This document shows, piece after piece, positions 26,701 to 37,264 of a stretch of DNA of 64,000 nt (positions within the stretch are counted from its first letter, which is position 1; each line of letters begins with the position of its first letter). Below the pieces are notes generated by a model, which was given only the letters and a program-made list of their open reading frames with translations, was not told the DNA's origin and did not search any database. Both the position numbers and the translations under genes were made by a program. The stretch spans positions 96,001 through 160,000 of IMG/VR virus record IMGVR_UViG_3300015615_000629, one strand, 5' to 3'. This stretch comes from a virus. Taxonomy: Duplodnaviria > Heunggongvirae > Uroviricota > Caudoviricetes.

Positions 26701-27094
26701 GGTAGCTTTACAGATAAACGACGGAAACATTGTTGTAATTCAAAACGCTAGCATTGTTACTCCAAGTGTTACAAATTCTACTCGTGGGCTTTGGATACAA
26801 CAAAATCCATCTAGTTCTTCTTCGGGAGGAGATGGCGGGGATGGAGGAGATGGTGAGGACGGCGAAGGGCCGACTCCGACACCAGGGCCGACAGACGATG
26901 GCAGTATTACCTCTTCCGCTACTGCTAGTGGATTTGGCTGTGATGACGAGAATCAGTATAGAGGGGTTCCGGTTGGGCCGGGCTGTCAGAAGGGCAACAG
27001 AACGTGTTCGAGCACTAATGGGGCGTTGGTGCCTGCTATTACGGTCTGCACGGCAAGAGATTATTTCCAATCAATTCAACCAAACACAACATGA
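23765..27094 (+). CDS. Large 1109-aa late (probably virion) protein
   Basis: CTAAATA 5 nt before the ATG; T/S/N-rich beta segments; IDYVMIDQE motif; Gly-rich linker and Cys-rich C-terminus. Confidence 0.7.
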   Translation: MATLTVKDITFEQALYSLTTTETIQLLLDNDFIDTSKTGTSTAAGVKTVIQNEITNKRFKHWDIEDLTIDGIMQVLYTMVSTSDSDTAAVISFLTAHPTTIKATIGTNFALDKSTIVTDTVLDRINNDDFGSVTSNRKRFYAYTWRNNLQATIDDPDVDNLISKQDSLASGVGRIIQYKTPSLSFTQPVDTLTSPAAIWDKIKTEPLGHRVVYPLFSATMMQRPCQQLLFSAIPSSGTYTLTYNGNTTATINWNDSRTTVISKVQSMVSVSEPTTIVDVVPFTASSANTYFVTDYAGNYQHWGFRIYFYPTNPAPYAEAGLKTLMTVTNSLNVSATMSATFTTHPFDALDESGALFKTPTTSVPFDGPYRTKYKTHMAALYTAWFEAFAALPVDPVYGPPTIDYVMIDQESESLYPFYTFKLDFTRTGDTSYQDESWKAIGADPRFATDLAPRLGNFVAKDVTNIGSYASNSPRFWDGDVSGAYYNGYDMEKIKKHYVWDSVDIDRLAEHLHECVYLPCKAVYPNVMGSNYASYPNSISYRFSNLEDRNKFWSMGGFTGTSASSYFYGEELSTNLTIDELPSQTQEPDSNPRSTTDPLSRIKIKHMVRSNGVVTLSIFNSNDIDDGTAARKRGNKQFLTNLQVGDQFTINGVINGQNNTNSTLVGAIDARFAPATAFNFIGYLKMVDLFTITSITNDPVTDEPTILTYNDDRADQTYAPSGSVSTTSLSSSPTANQVQINTSTNLVSTYGWVSGTTVITVEVKDVVGCPEANGLFLGYINGNNSFRLVNFSLQAVTSSTTGTGGTWAVVTDGLGGGLPPHISTYDSWRNFNVAIRKLRSIFVPAHIPLNMWITTKFYHGYPEYKESDLYQEQLYHILLHSRDFRLLYYQENETFRTYTYDKLVSNILKEADELFGYDDIKPLPVNYKNITLRESYILSGVQCHGKKIYRFTPQFGSEARQVEDPIDVTMDNVVISAANPVALQINDGNIVVIQNASIVTPSVTNSTRGLWIQQNPSSSSSGGDGGDGGDGEDGEGPTPTPGPTDDGSITSSATASGFGCDDENQYRGVPVGPGCQKGNRTCSSTNGALVPAITVCTARDYFQSIQPNTT

Positions 27095-27294
27095 TAACAT
27101 TTGAAGAATGGTTCTTTAAAAGAAAAGCAGATAAAACTGCTGTTGGAAGTGACGATGAAACGGTTGTTTTAAATAAAAAACAACCTGGGAAATTGCCTAG
27201 AGTAGGCAAGAAACCGATAAATTTGAGGCCAGGAGATAAGTTTACTAAAACCGACAAGGGCTGGCACGTTCAGGTTAATTTAGACGCGAATTAG
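27091..27294 (+). CDS. Small late protein
   Basis: ATGA overlap; N-terminus MITFEEWF. Confidence 0.55.
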   Translation: MITFEEWFFKRKADKTAVGSDDETVVLNKKQPGKLPRVGKKPINLRPGDKFTKTDKGWHVQVNLDAN

Positions 27295-27756
27295 CTTGTA
27301 CTGTCTTTGTAGAATTCCTGAACTGGCCATCCACGACTTATATCTTGTGGCTGTTACAATACCACTTTTCATGTCGTTTATGAATTGGGTTCTGCCAAAA
27401 CTACAATCACTGAAATGATATAGAAATTGGGATTGCCAAAAGTAATTTACAACAGTTTCGCATAATTTATTGATTTCCGAATCCGACTCACGATAAGAAT
27501 ACCCATCTTCTAAGCAAACTAAACCATCGTCTGTTTGATGGGGCAGAGACAAAACGTGTCCATCTTTATTTGTAACATAAAGCGATTGGAAAAAGTAATC
27601 GTCAACACGACCAATCTCAATAAAGAATTTCATCTCAGGAAATTCTAGGTTATGTGTCCTACTATCAACCACAATAGTTCGCTTTTTAGATAGAATCTCG
27701 CAAACTCCAATATAGGAATTCTCATATTCCTTATGTTGATAGATTTCGATCTTCAT
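27280..27756 (-). CDS. E2-like paralogue 6
   Basis: KRTIV....LEFPEMKF...LPHQTDDGLVCLE...NYFWQSQFLYH. Confidence 0.65.
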   Translation of the reverse strand: MKIEIYQHKEYENSYIGVCEILSKKRTIVVDSRTHNLEFPEMKFFIEIGRVDDYFFQSLYVTNKDGHVLSLPHQTDDGLVCLEDGYSYRESDSEINKLCETVVNYFWQSQFLYHFSDCSFGRTQFINDMKSGIVTATRYKSWMASSGILQRQYKLIRV

Positions 27757-27944
27757 GGAGGAACTTAGAAAGGCCGTAAGTTACTTTTTTGGTTGATTTG
27801 GGCGGCTTTTTATAAGTTCTCTTAGTACGTGGAGCGAGCATTCGTTGACGCCATGCTTCCATTTCTTCTGGCGTGTCAAACTGTCTAGTTTGTCCTCTAA
27901 TTGTCAACTCATATGCTGCCATCCTGGCATTATAATATAAAAAC

Positions 27945-28640
27945 TTAGATTTTCAAGTTATTTTTAATTAATTTGTCCGGATTCCAGAATTTGCCTCTTA
28001 CATAATCTGGCCTTACCATTTTATAACGATAAAGCATCTTCTGTCCGTCACCAATTTTGATATAAATTCCTTCTCGTAAGTCCTTTGAATATTCGGACTT
28101 AGAGCCATACATGGCTGCCAATTCTTCATAGGATTTTAATTTACCTTTAAATAAAAGAGGAGGCACAATAAAGCCTCTTTCTTGGAGAATATTCCTTGTT
28201 TGGTTTGGGTCTAGGAAGAATTTATTCTCGTAATCGTACAGATCGAATGCAATAAAGTAATCTGGAAGGTCTGTATAGTCGATGCCATGTTTGGCCCACA
28301 TCCATTCGCCATAGACGACATAAGGCAAATCGACAAACTTATCTTTATTCTCGTAATACCAATTCCAAATAGGAGCATATTGCTTTTTAGCCGCTGTATT
28401 TTTAATATTGCCTTTATTAAGAATTCTATCTTTATTTCGGATAATTGGTGGTTCGCTAAACATAGCGAGAATACCGATATTGGTTCCGTCAACTTTTTCT
28501 TCAACGGTTAGTTCGTGATTAAAAACATCATCATGCTCAACAAGGATATCATCCTTGTCAAGATTTGGATTATATTTGAGGTGTGGTGTTCGTGGGAAGG
28601 GCGGGAGGTAATCCTGCCTTTTCTTTTCGTAATCTTTCAT
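27945..28640 (-). CDS. RNA ligase-family nucleotidyltransferase
   Basis: FPRTPHL; motif I EEKVDGTN; YGEW; FIAFD; REGIYIK; YKMVR. Confidence 0.85.
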   Translation of the reverse strand: MKDYEKKRQDYLPPFPRTPHLKYNPNLDKDDILVEHDDVFNHELTVEEKVDGTNIGILAMFSEPPIIRNKDRILNKGNIKNTAAKKQYAPIWNWYYENKDKFVDLPYVVYGEWMWAKHGIDYTDLPDYFIAFDLYDYENKFFLDPNQTRNILQERGFIVPPLLFKGKLKSYEELAAMYGSKSEYSKDLREGIYIKIGDGQKMLYRYKMVRPDYVRGKFWNPDKLIKNNLKI

Positions 28641-29281
28641 AGTAATTTACTCGTGATTTAGTCTTAGACATAGTTCTTGATCTATTGCTTCAATTAGTTC
28701 AGACGAGATTTCAATTTGGTCAGGGAGAGTGCTGGGATATTGTCGAGCAGTTTTAACAATTTCATCCCACTGTTTCTGTTGTTTTTCGGATAATTTGGTG
28801 TTAAATGTAGGGGCTTTATCTCTCACATAATCGTTGAATCTGTCACAATTCCTTTTGAATTCAATTTCTGGAGGTAGAATTGTGTTTAATTCAACTTTTT
28901 CTGGCAGGATTTCGGCTAGTTCGCTATGGAACCAGCAAGCGTTGTGTCCTTTTGGCTTGAATATATCACGAACTAAATCCCTTGCCTTTTGGAGGCTTTG
29001 TTTTAGTTCGTCCAGGGACATGTTTTCAATGTCTGGATCACATGACTTGTCTGACATCTTTAATGGTGACTTCAGAGCCATTTGGAAAGTAAAGGGATTT
29101 TGTTCGATAATGAGCACGTGGTACTACATATTCAATTTCCATTATAAGCCCTTCGTTCACGCATTCATCTAGAACTTGGACAAAATCGATATCTTTTTTG
29201 AAAAACTGTTCTGGGATTTTGGAGATAAGTTCTGTGCCTTTGACGGGGCCAGATTCTTCGACGTAGTTTCTAATCCATTCT

Positions 29282-29827
29282 TTAATATCCATTTTTTAAG
29301 ATTTCCTCTTGCGAAATAGGGTTGCATGGCCAACCTCGCTCTGATTCATATTGGTCAAATTTATAAGTGGTCTCTCCTGCTGCTACCGAGATAATATCCG
29401 GTACAAAATATGTAGACCATAACATGTTAATGGCACTGTTACATAAGGATTCTATGGTGGATTCTCTAATTAAAAACCTAGCATCTCCCAAACAGACAAA
29501 TCTAAAGTTATCAACATGAGACAGACCAATAATGTCCCAAACATGATCGTCGTTCAAATTTTTAAGGAACCCCATTCTAATGCCAGCAAAAATGTATCGC
29601 CGGCTCGTCCCCTGCCTGAGTGGATTTGATCTCAACCAAACTTCATAAAGACATCTTGGAATTTCGATAAACTTAGGGACGACATTATATCCGGTTTGGA
29701 ATAACAATGTACGTTTCTTTGATTCGTCTACAAGGTGACATTTGATATAGAAGTTTTCTTCCGTCTTCACTTGATAGTAGCGTTTAATTTCCATACTATT
29801 CCTCTGCTTTTGACCCACACAAGTCAT
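29282..29827 (-). CDS. E2-like paralogue 7
   Basis: KRTLLF...IEIPRCLY...GLSHVDNFRFVCLG...INMLWSTYF. Confidence 0.6.
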   Translation of the reverse strand: MTCVGQKQRNSMEIKRYYQVKTEENFYIKCHLVDESKKRTLLFQTGYNVVPKFIEIPRCLYEVWLRSNPLRQGTSRRYIFAGIRMGFLKNLNDDHVWDIIGLSHVDNFRFVCLGDARFLIRESTIESLCNSAINMLWSTYFVPDIISVAAGETTYKFDQYESERGWPCNPISQEEILKNGY

Positions 29828-30566
29828 TTAAGGTAATATTTGGAATCAATTTGACAGCGATTTCATCGGCTTTTGCTTGCAGGGCCTCTTTGCCTTCCGG
29901 TGTTTTCAACCAGTCCCAATATGCCCAAACATCAGGAAAAGGATTTTTGCCATCTTCTACTTTAATTTTGTCGGCTGCCAGTAAATCTTCTGCTAAGTGT
30001 TTTGCTCTCGCATTGATTGTTGGCACATGTTCCTTCAAAAGTTTGGATTCATAAGGCAAATGAATTTCTGGAGTTGCCATAAAGAACAAGAATGAGTGGC
30101 TTGGAGTTGAACTTTCTCCCAAAGCTACATCCCATTCTTTACCTCTAGCCTCCCATTGTTTTCGCGTCATTTCTTCTGGATGATCCGTGTTGTTCCAGTA
30201 AGGATAAGGTTCGACGCCTTCGATGCTCTCCCATGCTTCGGTTAAGGTTCTATTGCCGCAAAATAAAAGGGCAAGAATCTTATTTCTGCCCTGTTTGCAA
30301 CCAATTTCACAACGGTAATCATATTCCGATGTTTGACGACCTTGGTGTTCCTTAAGAACCCTTTTCCAAGCCTTGTCTAAGTAACGATCTTTTGTCCCTT
30401 TTAAGGTGTGTCCGTCTAAGTCTCGAACCGCTATCTGGATGATATCTTTCTTTGATTGGTTCTCAGCCATTTCCCTAAGAAAATTGCAATTGTTGTGGAA
30501 GAATTCAGAAAGTTCTTTAAAATTAAAATTGGGCAACTTGTAACCGTTGTAGATTTTAGTGCTCAT
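29796..30566 (-). CDS. Hypothetical phage protein
   Basis: MSTKIYNGY...YWNNTD.PE....W..R...W. Confidence 0.65.
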   Translation of the reverse strand: MSTKIYNGYKLPNFNFKELSEFFHNNCNFLREMAENQSKKDIIQIAVRDLDGHTLKGTKDRYLDKAWKRVLKEHQGRQTSEYDYRCEIGCKQGRNKILALLFCGNRTLTEAWESIEGVEPYPYWNNTDHPEEMTRKQWEARGKEWDVALGESSTPSHSFLFFMATPEIHLPYESKLLKEHVPTINARAKHLAEDLLAADKIKVEDGKNPFPDVWAYWDWLKTPEGKEALQAKADEIAVKLIPNITLNDLCGSKAEE

Positions 30567-30859
30567 TTTATGTCCGGAACTACTTTTATCCTTGTGGCGA
30601 TTCCGTCGGTGAATCTTATCACGTAACGCTTGAGTCCATTTGAGATAAACATATCCAAATGTGTGTCTTTGATAAGAATAGGTTCTTCAAGTGCCTCGCC
30701 ATCAAACCAACCAGACGACATTTGCCATAGTTTACCGTCTTTGTCGATTTTATAATCAGTAAGCGTGCTATCTAAAGCCTTTGTCTGAAACTGAATTCCA
30801 GCCGGATCGGTCCCATCGGGCAGATCCATTTCAACGGTAACGGTGTCATACATTCCCAT
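30563..30859 (-). CDS. Hypothetical phage protein
   Basis: MGMYD...FQTK.LD..L..Y.I..DG.L. Confidence 0.6.
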   Translation of the reverse strand: MGMYDTVTVEMDLPDGTDPAGIQFQTKALDSTLTDYKIDKDGKLWQMSSGWFDGEALEEPILIKDTHLDMFISNGLKRYVIRFTDGIATRIKVVPDIK

Positions 30860-31846
30860 TATAGTTCCAAAATAAGTTCCGGATTATTGTCAAAAACGCA
30901 GAGACTTTCGGAAAAATCTTTTAATTTATGAGTCGGGTATCGCTCCATAAGTTTGGCAACAATCTTGTCGTGCCAATTTTCTTCCCAATACCTGCAACAT
31001 CCGCTATCTTGGTCATTCAAAGCAGCATACATATCTGTCTTGTTTTCCCGAACATATTGTTCAACGATAGAAAAATCTTCCTCCGAAACAGAAAAAACGT
31101 TTCTACATTGAAAATCAATAGGTTTTTCAGCAACCAATAAGGTAAATTCTTCATCAATTGGGAATAACGTAAGACGACCATGTGTTTGTAGGCTTCGCGT
31201 TGCCAAAAAATCACTTACCGAAATCTGACAAGGCAAATCTATCGCTTTGTCAATCGGGTCTCTCTTTTTGAGGCCGACCACCAATGGGATGAGCAAACTT
31301 GTTAGTCCAAAACTTCTGCGGTTCACTTTTCTTGTTCCTTGTTAGCTAGATTCGTGTTGGCATTGATGGCATCGGCAAGACCTTGAAGTTCCGTCGCGTG
31401 AAAGAAGACGTCTTTCAATTGATTAGCAGTCAGTTGTGACAAAACGCTGTTAATACATATCGCCAAATAGCAAGCACCGTCACCACGAATAAAATACCCA
31501 GGCCAGTCGTCGCCAAATTGAACAGCCCCCGTTTCGACGCGGGGCTCAACTTTAGGCATCTGCTGAATTCCCATTATCACTGAACCTCAATTGTCGTATG
31601 TTTCTTAATAGACATTTTCTTCGCTTCATATACGCTTACATTGTCGCCATATCTTTGGATATAAGAAATCACTTCGCCCTTGGTTTTAAATTCACGAACC
31701 TCCTTATATTGTTCGGTTCGTTCCGGATATCCATGACCTGGATTCGTTCTGGATCGCTCATCCCCTGGAATATAAACGCTTACCTCACTCACAACCAAAT
31801 AGATTAGATCGTCAGAATTAACTGGAGTTGGCGGCTCAGTCACAAT

Positions 31847-33616
31847 TCACCTAACGTAAAAAACAGGTGCTTTGGTTGGAAAAGGCAATCGGTAATTATC
31901 CGGCAGCAAATAAGCATGGTCTCGATCTACAGGCACCTTCACTATATCACAAAAACCGTCAGTGACAATTAACAAAGGACCATTAGCTGGGAAATCATTA
32001 GCTTTGTGTATAAAGTCGATTGCTGGCTGTAGGATTGTGCCACCTCTTCCCTTAACCTTTGCCCCAGCCCCCAATAGGACTTCTGGTACGATATATCCGC
32101 CATCGTAATAGGTTGCATCGCAATAAACCATTCTAATTCGTTGAACATTACGAGAAATGCTATAATTCGCTATAGTGCCAAGGCATTCGGCAATCTGATG
32201 CCGATCCATTGACATAGAAGTATCGAAAACAATTCCAAAGGTTCTTTCTTTCTCATATTGAGACGCTACACGGGCAGGACGGGGAATATCTGGCGTAGCA
32301 AAACTTCTCCTACTTAATCGGGCATAGGTTCTACGCTTGGCAAGTGGCTGAAAATGTCCATCAAACCATTCTGCAAGTTTAACGTTCCAAGGCATAGGTG
32401 GCCTTGATAAGGCTTTAATCTCTTCTTCAAGACCAGCAGGAATAAAACCACGACCTTCAGACTCGTGCAAATGATATCCATCAATTAAAGCATTTCTAAA
32501 AAATTCATCCAAATCCATGCCTTCTGGAGTCTGCCACCAGTCACGGTCGTCTAGCATATCTCCAAGATGTCCGCGTAACGTCAACATTCTCTTGTATCTT
32601 GAATCTCCAATAATCTTATCGTAAATTTCCTCGGCAGAAAGCCCATCAAAAGCCCTATCATAACAACCACCACGGATAAAAGTGCCCACTTTCATATCAA
32701 CCAGCCAAGCATTAATCAGGAAATCACAAGCAATATTCCAAACATAAGGGTCTCTGCCTTCACGGCGAGCAATATGTCTTAGAGCCACATGAAGTAATTC
32801 GTGTGCCATTAAGAACTTACGTTCTTCCATTGTTAGTGGATAATTAGGATTTACATAAATTTCCTTTAGTTCGGCACTAACGGCACCAGTGGTGATTTGT
32901 AATCTTCGGCAAATATCTCTATCTTCAACAATTTTAAAAGCGGCGGCCAGAATGGCTAAAAGTGGAAAGTTATTCTCAAACCATTCTAGGGCCTCTATGT
33001 TGGCACTTTTGATTGGAGTTTTATCCCCGAAGCCAGCAATACGGCCGCCAGCGATTGAAATAGATTGACTAACAGCAGCCGATATTCCTTGGGCGAAGAT
33101 TTCCGACCATTTGTATTTTCTGCCAAGCCATTTAATATTTTTAACAAATCTAAAATCTACATGTTTATAGCTGGTTGTCAGATTCGTGCAAATATCAGGA
33201 ATGCCATGATTGGCGAAATGTTCATATAATTGTTCTTCATTTCCCCTTGGGATCAATTCAGCATTTACCCGCATTTGGGCAGGAGGCGTTCCTAAATCAA
33301 TATCATTTAGGAATCTAGCGATAACGCAATGGCAGGCAGCAGCCCAGGCATCAGGAATTGCTTTTTCTTTAAAATGCTCAAAGCAGAGGTGAAGGACACA
33401 ATGGCCGAAAACGTAGAGCCATTCATTTGGCTCAAGACGTTTGTTCATATCAACATAAATAACATCGTTGCTCGCAGGTTCAGCAATTCCGCCACTTAAA
33501 TCCATATCCTCGAAACGAACATAGTTCATAAAATAAAACAAAAAAGGTTCCGAAGACGCCTTTTGGATGGCATCTTGAAACCTTTTTTTAGCAATATCAC
33601 TAACTTTTCTTTTCAT
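31847..33616 (-). CDS. DUF2201-like metallopeptidase + vWA protein
   Basis: HCVLH and HELLH motifs, WNIACD..IN, VFDTSMSM, GRGGT, TDG. Confidence 0.85.
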   Translation of the reverse strand: MKRKVSDIAKKRFQDAIQKASSEPFLFYFMNYVRFEDMDLSGGIAEPASNDVIYVDMNKRLEPNEWLYVFGHCVLHLCFEHFKEKAIPDAWAAACHCVIARFLNDIDLGTPPAQMRVNAELIPRGNEEQLYEHFANHGIPDICTNLTTSYKHVDFRFVKNIKWLGRKYKWSEIFAQGISAAVSQSISIAGGRIAGFGDKTPIKSANIEALEWFENNFPLLAILAAAFKIVEDRDICRRLQITTGAVSAELKEIYVNPNYPLTMEERKFLMAHELLHVALRHIARREGRDPYVWNIACDFLINAWLVDMKVGTFIRGGCYDRAFDGLSAEEIYDKIIGDSRYKRMLTLRGHLGDMLDDRDWWQTPEGMDLDEFFRNALIDGYHLHESEGRGFIPAGLEEEIKALSRPPMPWNVKLAEWFDGHFQPLAKRRTYARLSRRSFATPDIPRPARVASQYEKERTFGIVFDTSMSMDRHQIAECLGTIANYSISRNVQRIRMVYCDATYYDGGYIVPEVLLGAGAKVKGRGGTILQPAIDFIHKANDFPANGPLLIVTDGFCDIVKVPVDRDHAYLLPDNYRLPFPTKAPVFYVR

Positions 33617-34664
33617 TTTTCTTTTTTCCCAATCTTGGCATATCCCGAAATATTTCGGTCAAAAACCAAGTCGGCAACAGTCTCTCGTGTTTGTTTGATA
33701 CAAAAATCTGTGCCAATTCAAAATTCGTATCAACTAATTGTCTAAGCAGACGTTTTGAATTATGAGCAAACTCTTTTTGTTCGGTATTGAGTCTAGAGCC
33801 ATCGGCTGGGAGATCGTGAATAACTCTTTCTCTAAAAGCATCGACAAGCCAATGTAAGACATCCAATTCAGCAGGTTCACTTGGCCAACGGCGTTCGCCA
33901 GCAATCAAATCACGCAACATTTTTTCTGGATCGTGGAATTTGCCAAAAGCCGAGAAGCCTTTGGCGTGAATCGCACTTAAATTCGCACTGGCAATAACCG
34001 AAATGTACTCTGGAGTGATGATTTTTCTAGCCTTAAGACAATCACTGACCATATGCCAACTACGTGGCGTAGAATAAGGTTCTTCGGTAGCAGGTGGTTC
34101 AGAATGCAGATGAGATGGTTTTGATTTAATATAATCAAATACAAGTCTGTGGATGCTGTTTGTTCCTGCCCAATCGAGCCATTCTTTAGGGCTAACTTTC
34201 AACCCAATATGAACCATTCGGTTAATAAGGGCAGAACCCATTGGCTTGACCAAAGCGGTATCAGAAGCCCTATTACCAGCCCCGATTACAATAGAACCGG
34301 CCGGCATTCTATATTCACCAACTCGGCGGTCGTGAATTAGGCTATAAAAAGACTTTTGAACATCGAATTCACTAGCATTAAGTTCGTCCAAGAAGAGACA
34401 ATAAGGATTGTCTCGGGCGATCATGCTAGGAGGATAGAATTTGGTATATTTATCATCAATTTTGGGGCAGCCGATAAGGTCTTCGGCGGCAATTTGGCTA
34501 CCCAAAAGGGTAACGCATTCCATGCCAACGCTTTTAGCAAAAAGTTCTACTAAAGCGGATTTGCCGATTCCTGGCGGACCCCAAATGAAAACCGGACGTA
34601 CAGGGGCTACGTCCAGTAATATCTCCATTAGTTCGCTTGGCGGTACTGCTTTTATGTTACGCAC
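33600..34664 (-). CDS. MoxR-type AAA+ ATPase
   Basis: WGPPGIGKS, LFLDELN, GAGNR, ALINR, TPRSW. Confidence 0.9.
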   Translation of the reverse strand: MRNIKAVPPSELMEILLDVAPVRPVFIWGPPGIGKSALVELFAKSVGMECVTLLGSQIAAEDLIGCPKIDDKYTKFYPPSMIARDNPYCLFLDELNASEFDVQKSFYSLIHDRRVGEYRMPAGSIVIGAGNRASDTALVKPMGSALINRMVHIGLKVSPKEWLDWAGTNSIHRLVFDYIKSKPSHLHSEPPATEEPYSTPRSWHMVSDCLKARKIITPEYISVIASANLSAIHAKGFSAFGKFHDPEKMLRDLIAGERRWPSEPAELDVLHWLVDAFRERVIHDLPADGSRLNTEQKEFAHNSKRLLRQLVDTNFELAQIFVSNKHERLLPTWFLTEIFRDMPRLGKKKNEKKS

Positions 34665-35319
34665 TGAACATCTTTTCTAATTCGTTTGCTTCGTCTTGGC
34701 TTTCGAAAAACCTAAAGAAAAGAACCAAATATTCTTGCATTTGGCAAGCAATAAAGAACTGTTTCACTTCCTTAACAGCACTTGGGCTTTGATTCTCCAT
34801 AATGTCAGAAGACACAACCTTATAGCCTGTAGTGCCTTCCATTATCGGAGTCATGCCTTCCATCTTGGCAGTATTCTCGTCGCCCCGATGTAGACTTAAC
34901 ATAGTTAAAGCCTCATCGCTCAGAGAAAGTCGTTTAATCAATTCTTGTGAGAAGTCAGCAAAGAGAAGGCTCATTGCTTTATTTCGATTAATGATTTCAG
35001 TAAAATACTTAGTGTGACGCTCCCGGCCGCCGTGTTTCTCTTGTTGGGCGGATTCGAGAACAGATGAAATAGTATCTGTCGATACAATTGGAGCTTCGCC
35101 CTCTAAAAGGACCGCATAAATACGAATACAATAATCCAAGTATAGGTTTACGAAACTCATTTGGATGTCAAGGCTTTGTAGAAAGAAATTAGAAGTTTCA
35201 TGCATGAAAGCAAGAACTTTTTCATTATCTTTCATAAGAGCCTCTAGGGAATATTTGACATCTGAAGCGTTTAACTTGAGAATCTTTGTCACAGAATCAA
35301 TTGTTACCTGCGGAAACAT
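34657..35319 (-). CDS. Hypothetical helical protein
   Basis: 220-aa ORF in operon. Confidence 0.55.
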   Translation of the reverse strand: MFPQVTIDSVTKILKLNASDVKYSLEALMKDNEKVLAFMHETSNFFLQSLDIQMSFVNLYLDYCIRIYAVLLEGEAPIVSTDTISSVLESAQQEKHGGRERHTKYFTEIINRNKAMSLLFADFSQELIKRLSLSDEALTMLSLHRGDENTAKMEGMTPIMEGTTGYKVVSSDIMENQSPSAVKEVKQFFIACQMQEYLVLFFRFFESQDEANELEKMFSA

Positions 35320-35320
35320 C

Positions 35321-35623
35321 CTATTCCTTCTGGTTAGATTGCCATTTTTTAAGTTTTCGCTTCAAAATCTTCGGCAACGACTCTAAATCGCCGCCGCAGC
35401 CGACATACAAAGCCAACGACATAATCAACAAATCAACCGCCTCAGACAAGGCTGGTTCGTCTAAGGTTTTATGTTTGTTGCCATAAACCTTTTCTTCTAC
35501 CTTAATCGCTCTGCCAAGTTCTCCAAACTCTTCGCCAGCACTTAAGTATAATTCCGCTATGGATTTATACTTAAGGTCTTTTTTGGTAAGTTCTTGTATT
35601 TTCTTAAGAAGTTTCTTATTCAT
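35321..35623 (-). CDS. MazG-like NTP pyrophosphohydrolase
   Basis: EEFGEL...SEAVDLL. Confidence 0.75.
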   Translation of the reverse strand: MNKKLLKKIQELTKKDLKYKSIAELYLSAGEEFGELGRAIKVEEKVYGNKHKTLDEPALSEAVDLLIMSLALYVGCGGDLESLPKILKRKLKKWQSNQKE

Positions 35624-35637
35624 TGTCTAAATAAGAC

Positions 35638-35841
35638 ATGGCGTTAAAGAGTTTTGAACAATGGTTACAGGAACGTGGAATTAGGACTGCGTTGGGCATC
35701 TATCCGCCCGCTTATGGCGTTGGTCAATACCCAAGTCTTTATTTTATGCCAATTTCTGCTTCTGCTGGATTTTCTTTGACAGCGATTCACCACAAAGAAG
35801 ACAAGCCAAAAAAGAAGAAAAAGAAGAAATCTAAAGAGTAG
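35638..35841 (+). CDS. Small late/virion-internal protein
   Basis: CTAAATA 4 nt before the ATG; MALKSFEQWLQE; poly-Lys tail. Confidence 0.6.
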   Translation: MALKSFEQWLQERGIRTALGIYPPAYGVGQYPSLYFMPISASAGFSLTAIHHKEDKPKKKKKKKSKE

Positions 35842-36083
35842 TATATTTCAGTTTTTGGCTTTTGTCAACTAGGCGGATTACCCCTTTTACTTCTTCCACA
35901 CGAACGTTAAAGAAGGATTCATAAGGCTTTGTGGCTCTTTGAACCGCTGTGGCTTGGTTGGGAGCCTTTAGGATAATGAGATGTTCGTCTTTTGAGATGT
36001 TCAATCTGACGACAAATAGTTTTTCCTTGATGACCACGATTTGGGTTTTGGTTGGAAACAATTTGGATAATATTTTCAGCATA

Positions 36084-36551
36084 TCAGTTCCAATACAACT
36101 CAAAAGGGTCTAATCGGCACGAAAACGGACTAATAGGTAACTGGCCGCATTTTAGTTTGTTAAAACTTTTCGGATTAAGGCTATGAAACTTTGAGTTCCA
36201 AAAAAAGTTTATTGTTTCTAATGCAGTTGTCTCGTAACTGCCATCGTCTGCCATTTTGAATGGAAAACTAAATCCCAGACAAACATATCCATGATTGGAA
36301 ATTTGTGGAAGATCGATAGTTCGCCAAAACAACCAGGGTTTTACAAAAACTTTTAAAGCGAACGGATAAGGGCCGGTATCTCGTTGACCAAATTTTACCA
36401 CAAATAATGTTTTTGGCCATTTTACATAAAAAGACTCTATTTCTCTGCCAGTCCAAGCCAATACAGTCCTATATTGAGCAGGCATTACCAATGATGCAAC
36501 AATCGATCTATGTGGATAACAACCTACTTGTTTAATTTTGACAGTAGCCAT
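36084..36551 (-). CDS. E2-like paralogue 8
   Basis: YRTVL...YVKWPKTLF...LPQISNHGYVCLG...INFFWNSKFH. Confidence 0.65.
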   Translation of the reverse strand: MATVKIKQVGCYPHRSIVASLVMPAQYRTVLAWTGREIESFYVKWPKTLFVVKFGQRDTGPYPFALKVFVKPWLFWRTIDLPQISNHGYVCLGFSFPFKMADDGSYETTALETINFFWNSKFHSLNPKSFNKLKCGQLPISPFSCRLDPFELYWN

Positions 36552-37264
36552 CAGGGTTGATTTTTGATTCTATGCATCCAAAAAAAGAATGAAGAAATAC
36601 AAAAAGTTAGGGAAACAATGCTTAAAACAACCACCACATATTCAGGTGTCGGAAATATGTTGAAAATTCTTAGACTAGCGATCACAAGCACAACAATGTT
36701 AACCAGCAGACAAAGTCCAAATAATATTTCTTCGATTTTAGGCATTGTCTTCGCAAACCTTTTTGGCTAATTTTAAGGTTGGGAGCCTATCTTTTAGAAT
36801 AAACCATGCTGGTCTGGTTCTGCCACGGTTGATAAGGGTTCTATAAAACATCTTAACCGGTTTGTTGTTCATTTTGTCAATCTCCATAATGCGGAATTGA
36901 CCATTCGTACTCTCAAGTATTCTAAAGCCATCTGGAGTAAAATTCCAGTTACTTTCACCTATTTTCTTTGCTCGAAAGACCAGTGCCACGGATTTCCCTT
37001 ATCTTTTCTAGAAGGTCGTCAATCTCTTGTTCAATTTCAGGTGGTGCTTTAAACCTTCCTACCAATGCTAAATCTTGGGCTCTATCATAATCGCCAGCCT
37101 CAAACGCAAGGGAGGCAGCACTTCTAAAAAGAACGGATCTAGTTGGCTGTTCTTCGGTCTGTTTGGCGGCTTCATGTTCTAATTCCGACGCCGCCATAAA
37201 CAAATTGATTTTCAAATAAAGATTAAACTTACATCTGTCTGCTATTTCAGCAACGGCCATTGCA

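Noticed and set aside
26810-26900. GGAGATGG-like repeats
   Set aside because: They encode a Ser/Gly/Asp/Pro-Thr linker within the 1109-aa protein; not an independent element.
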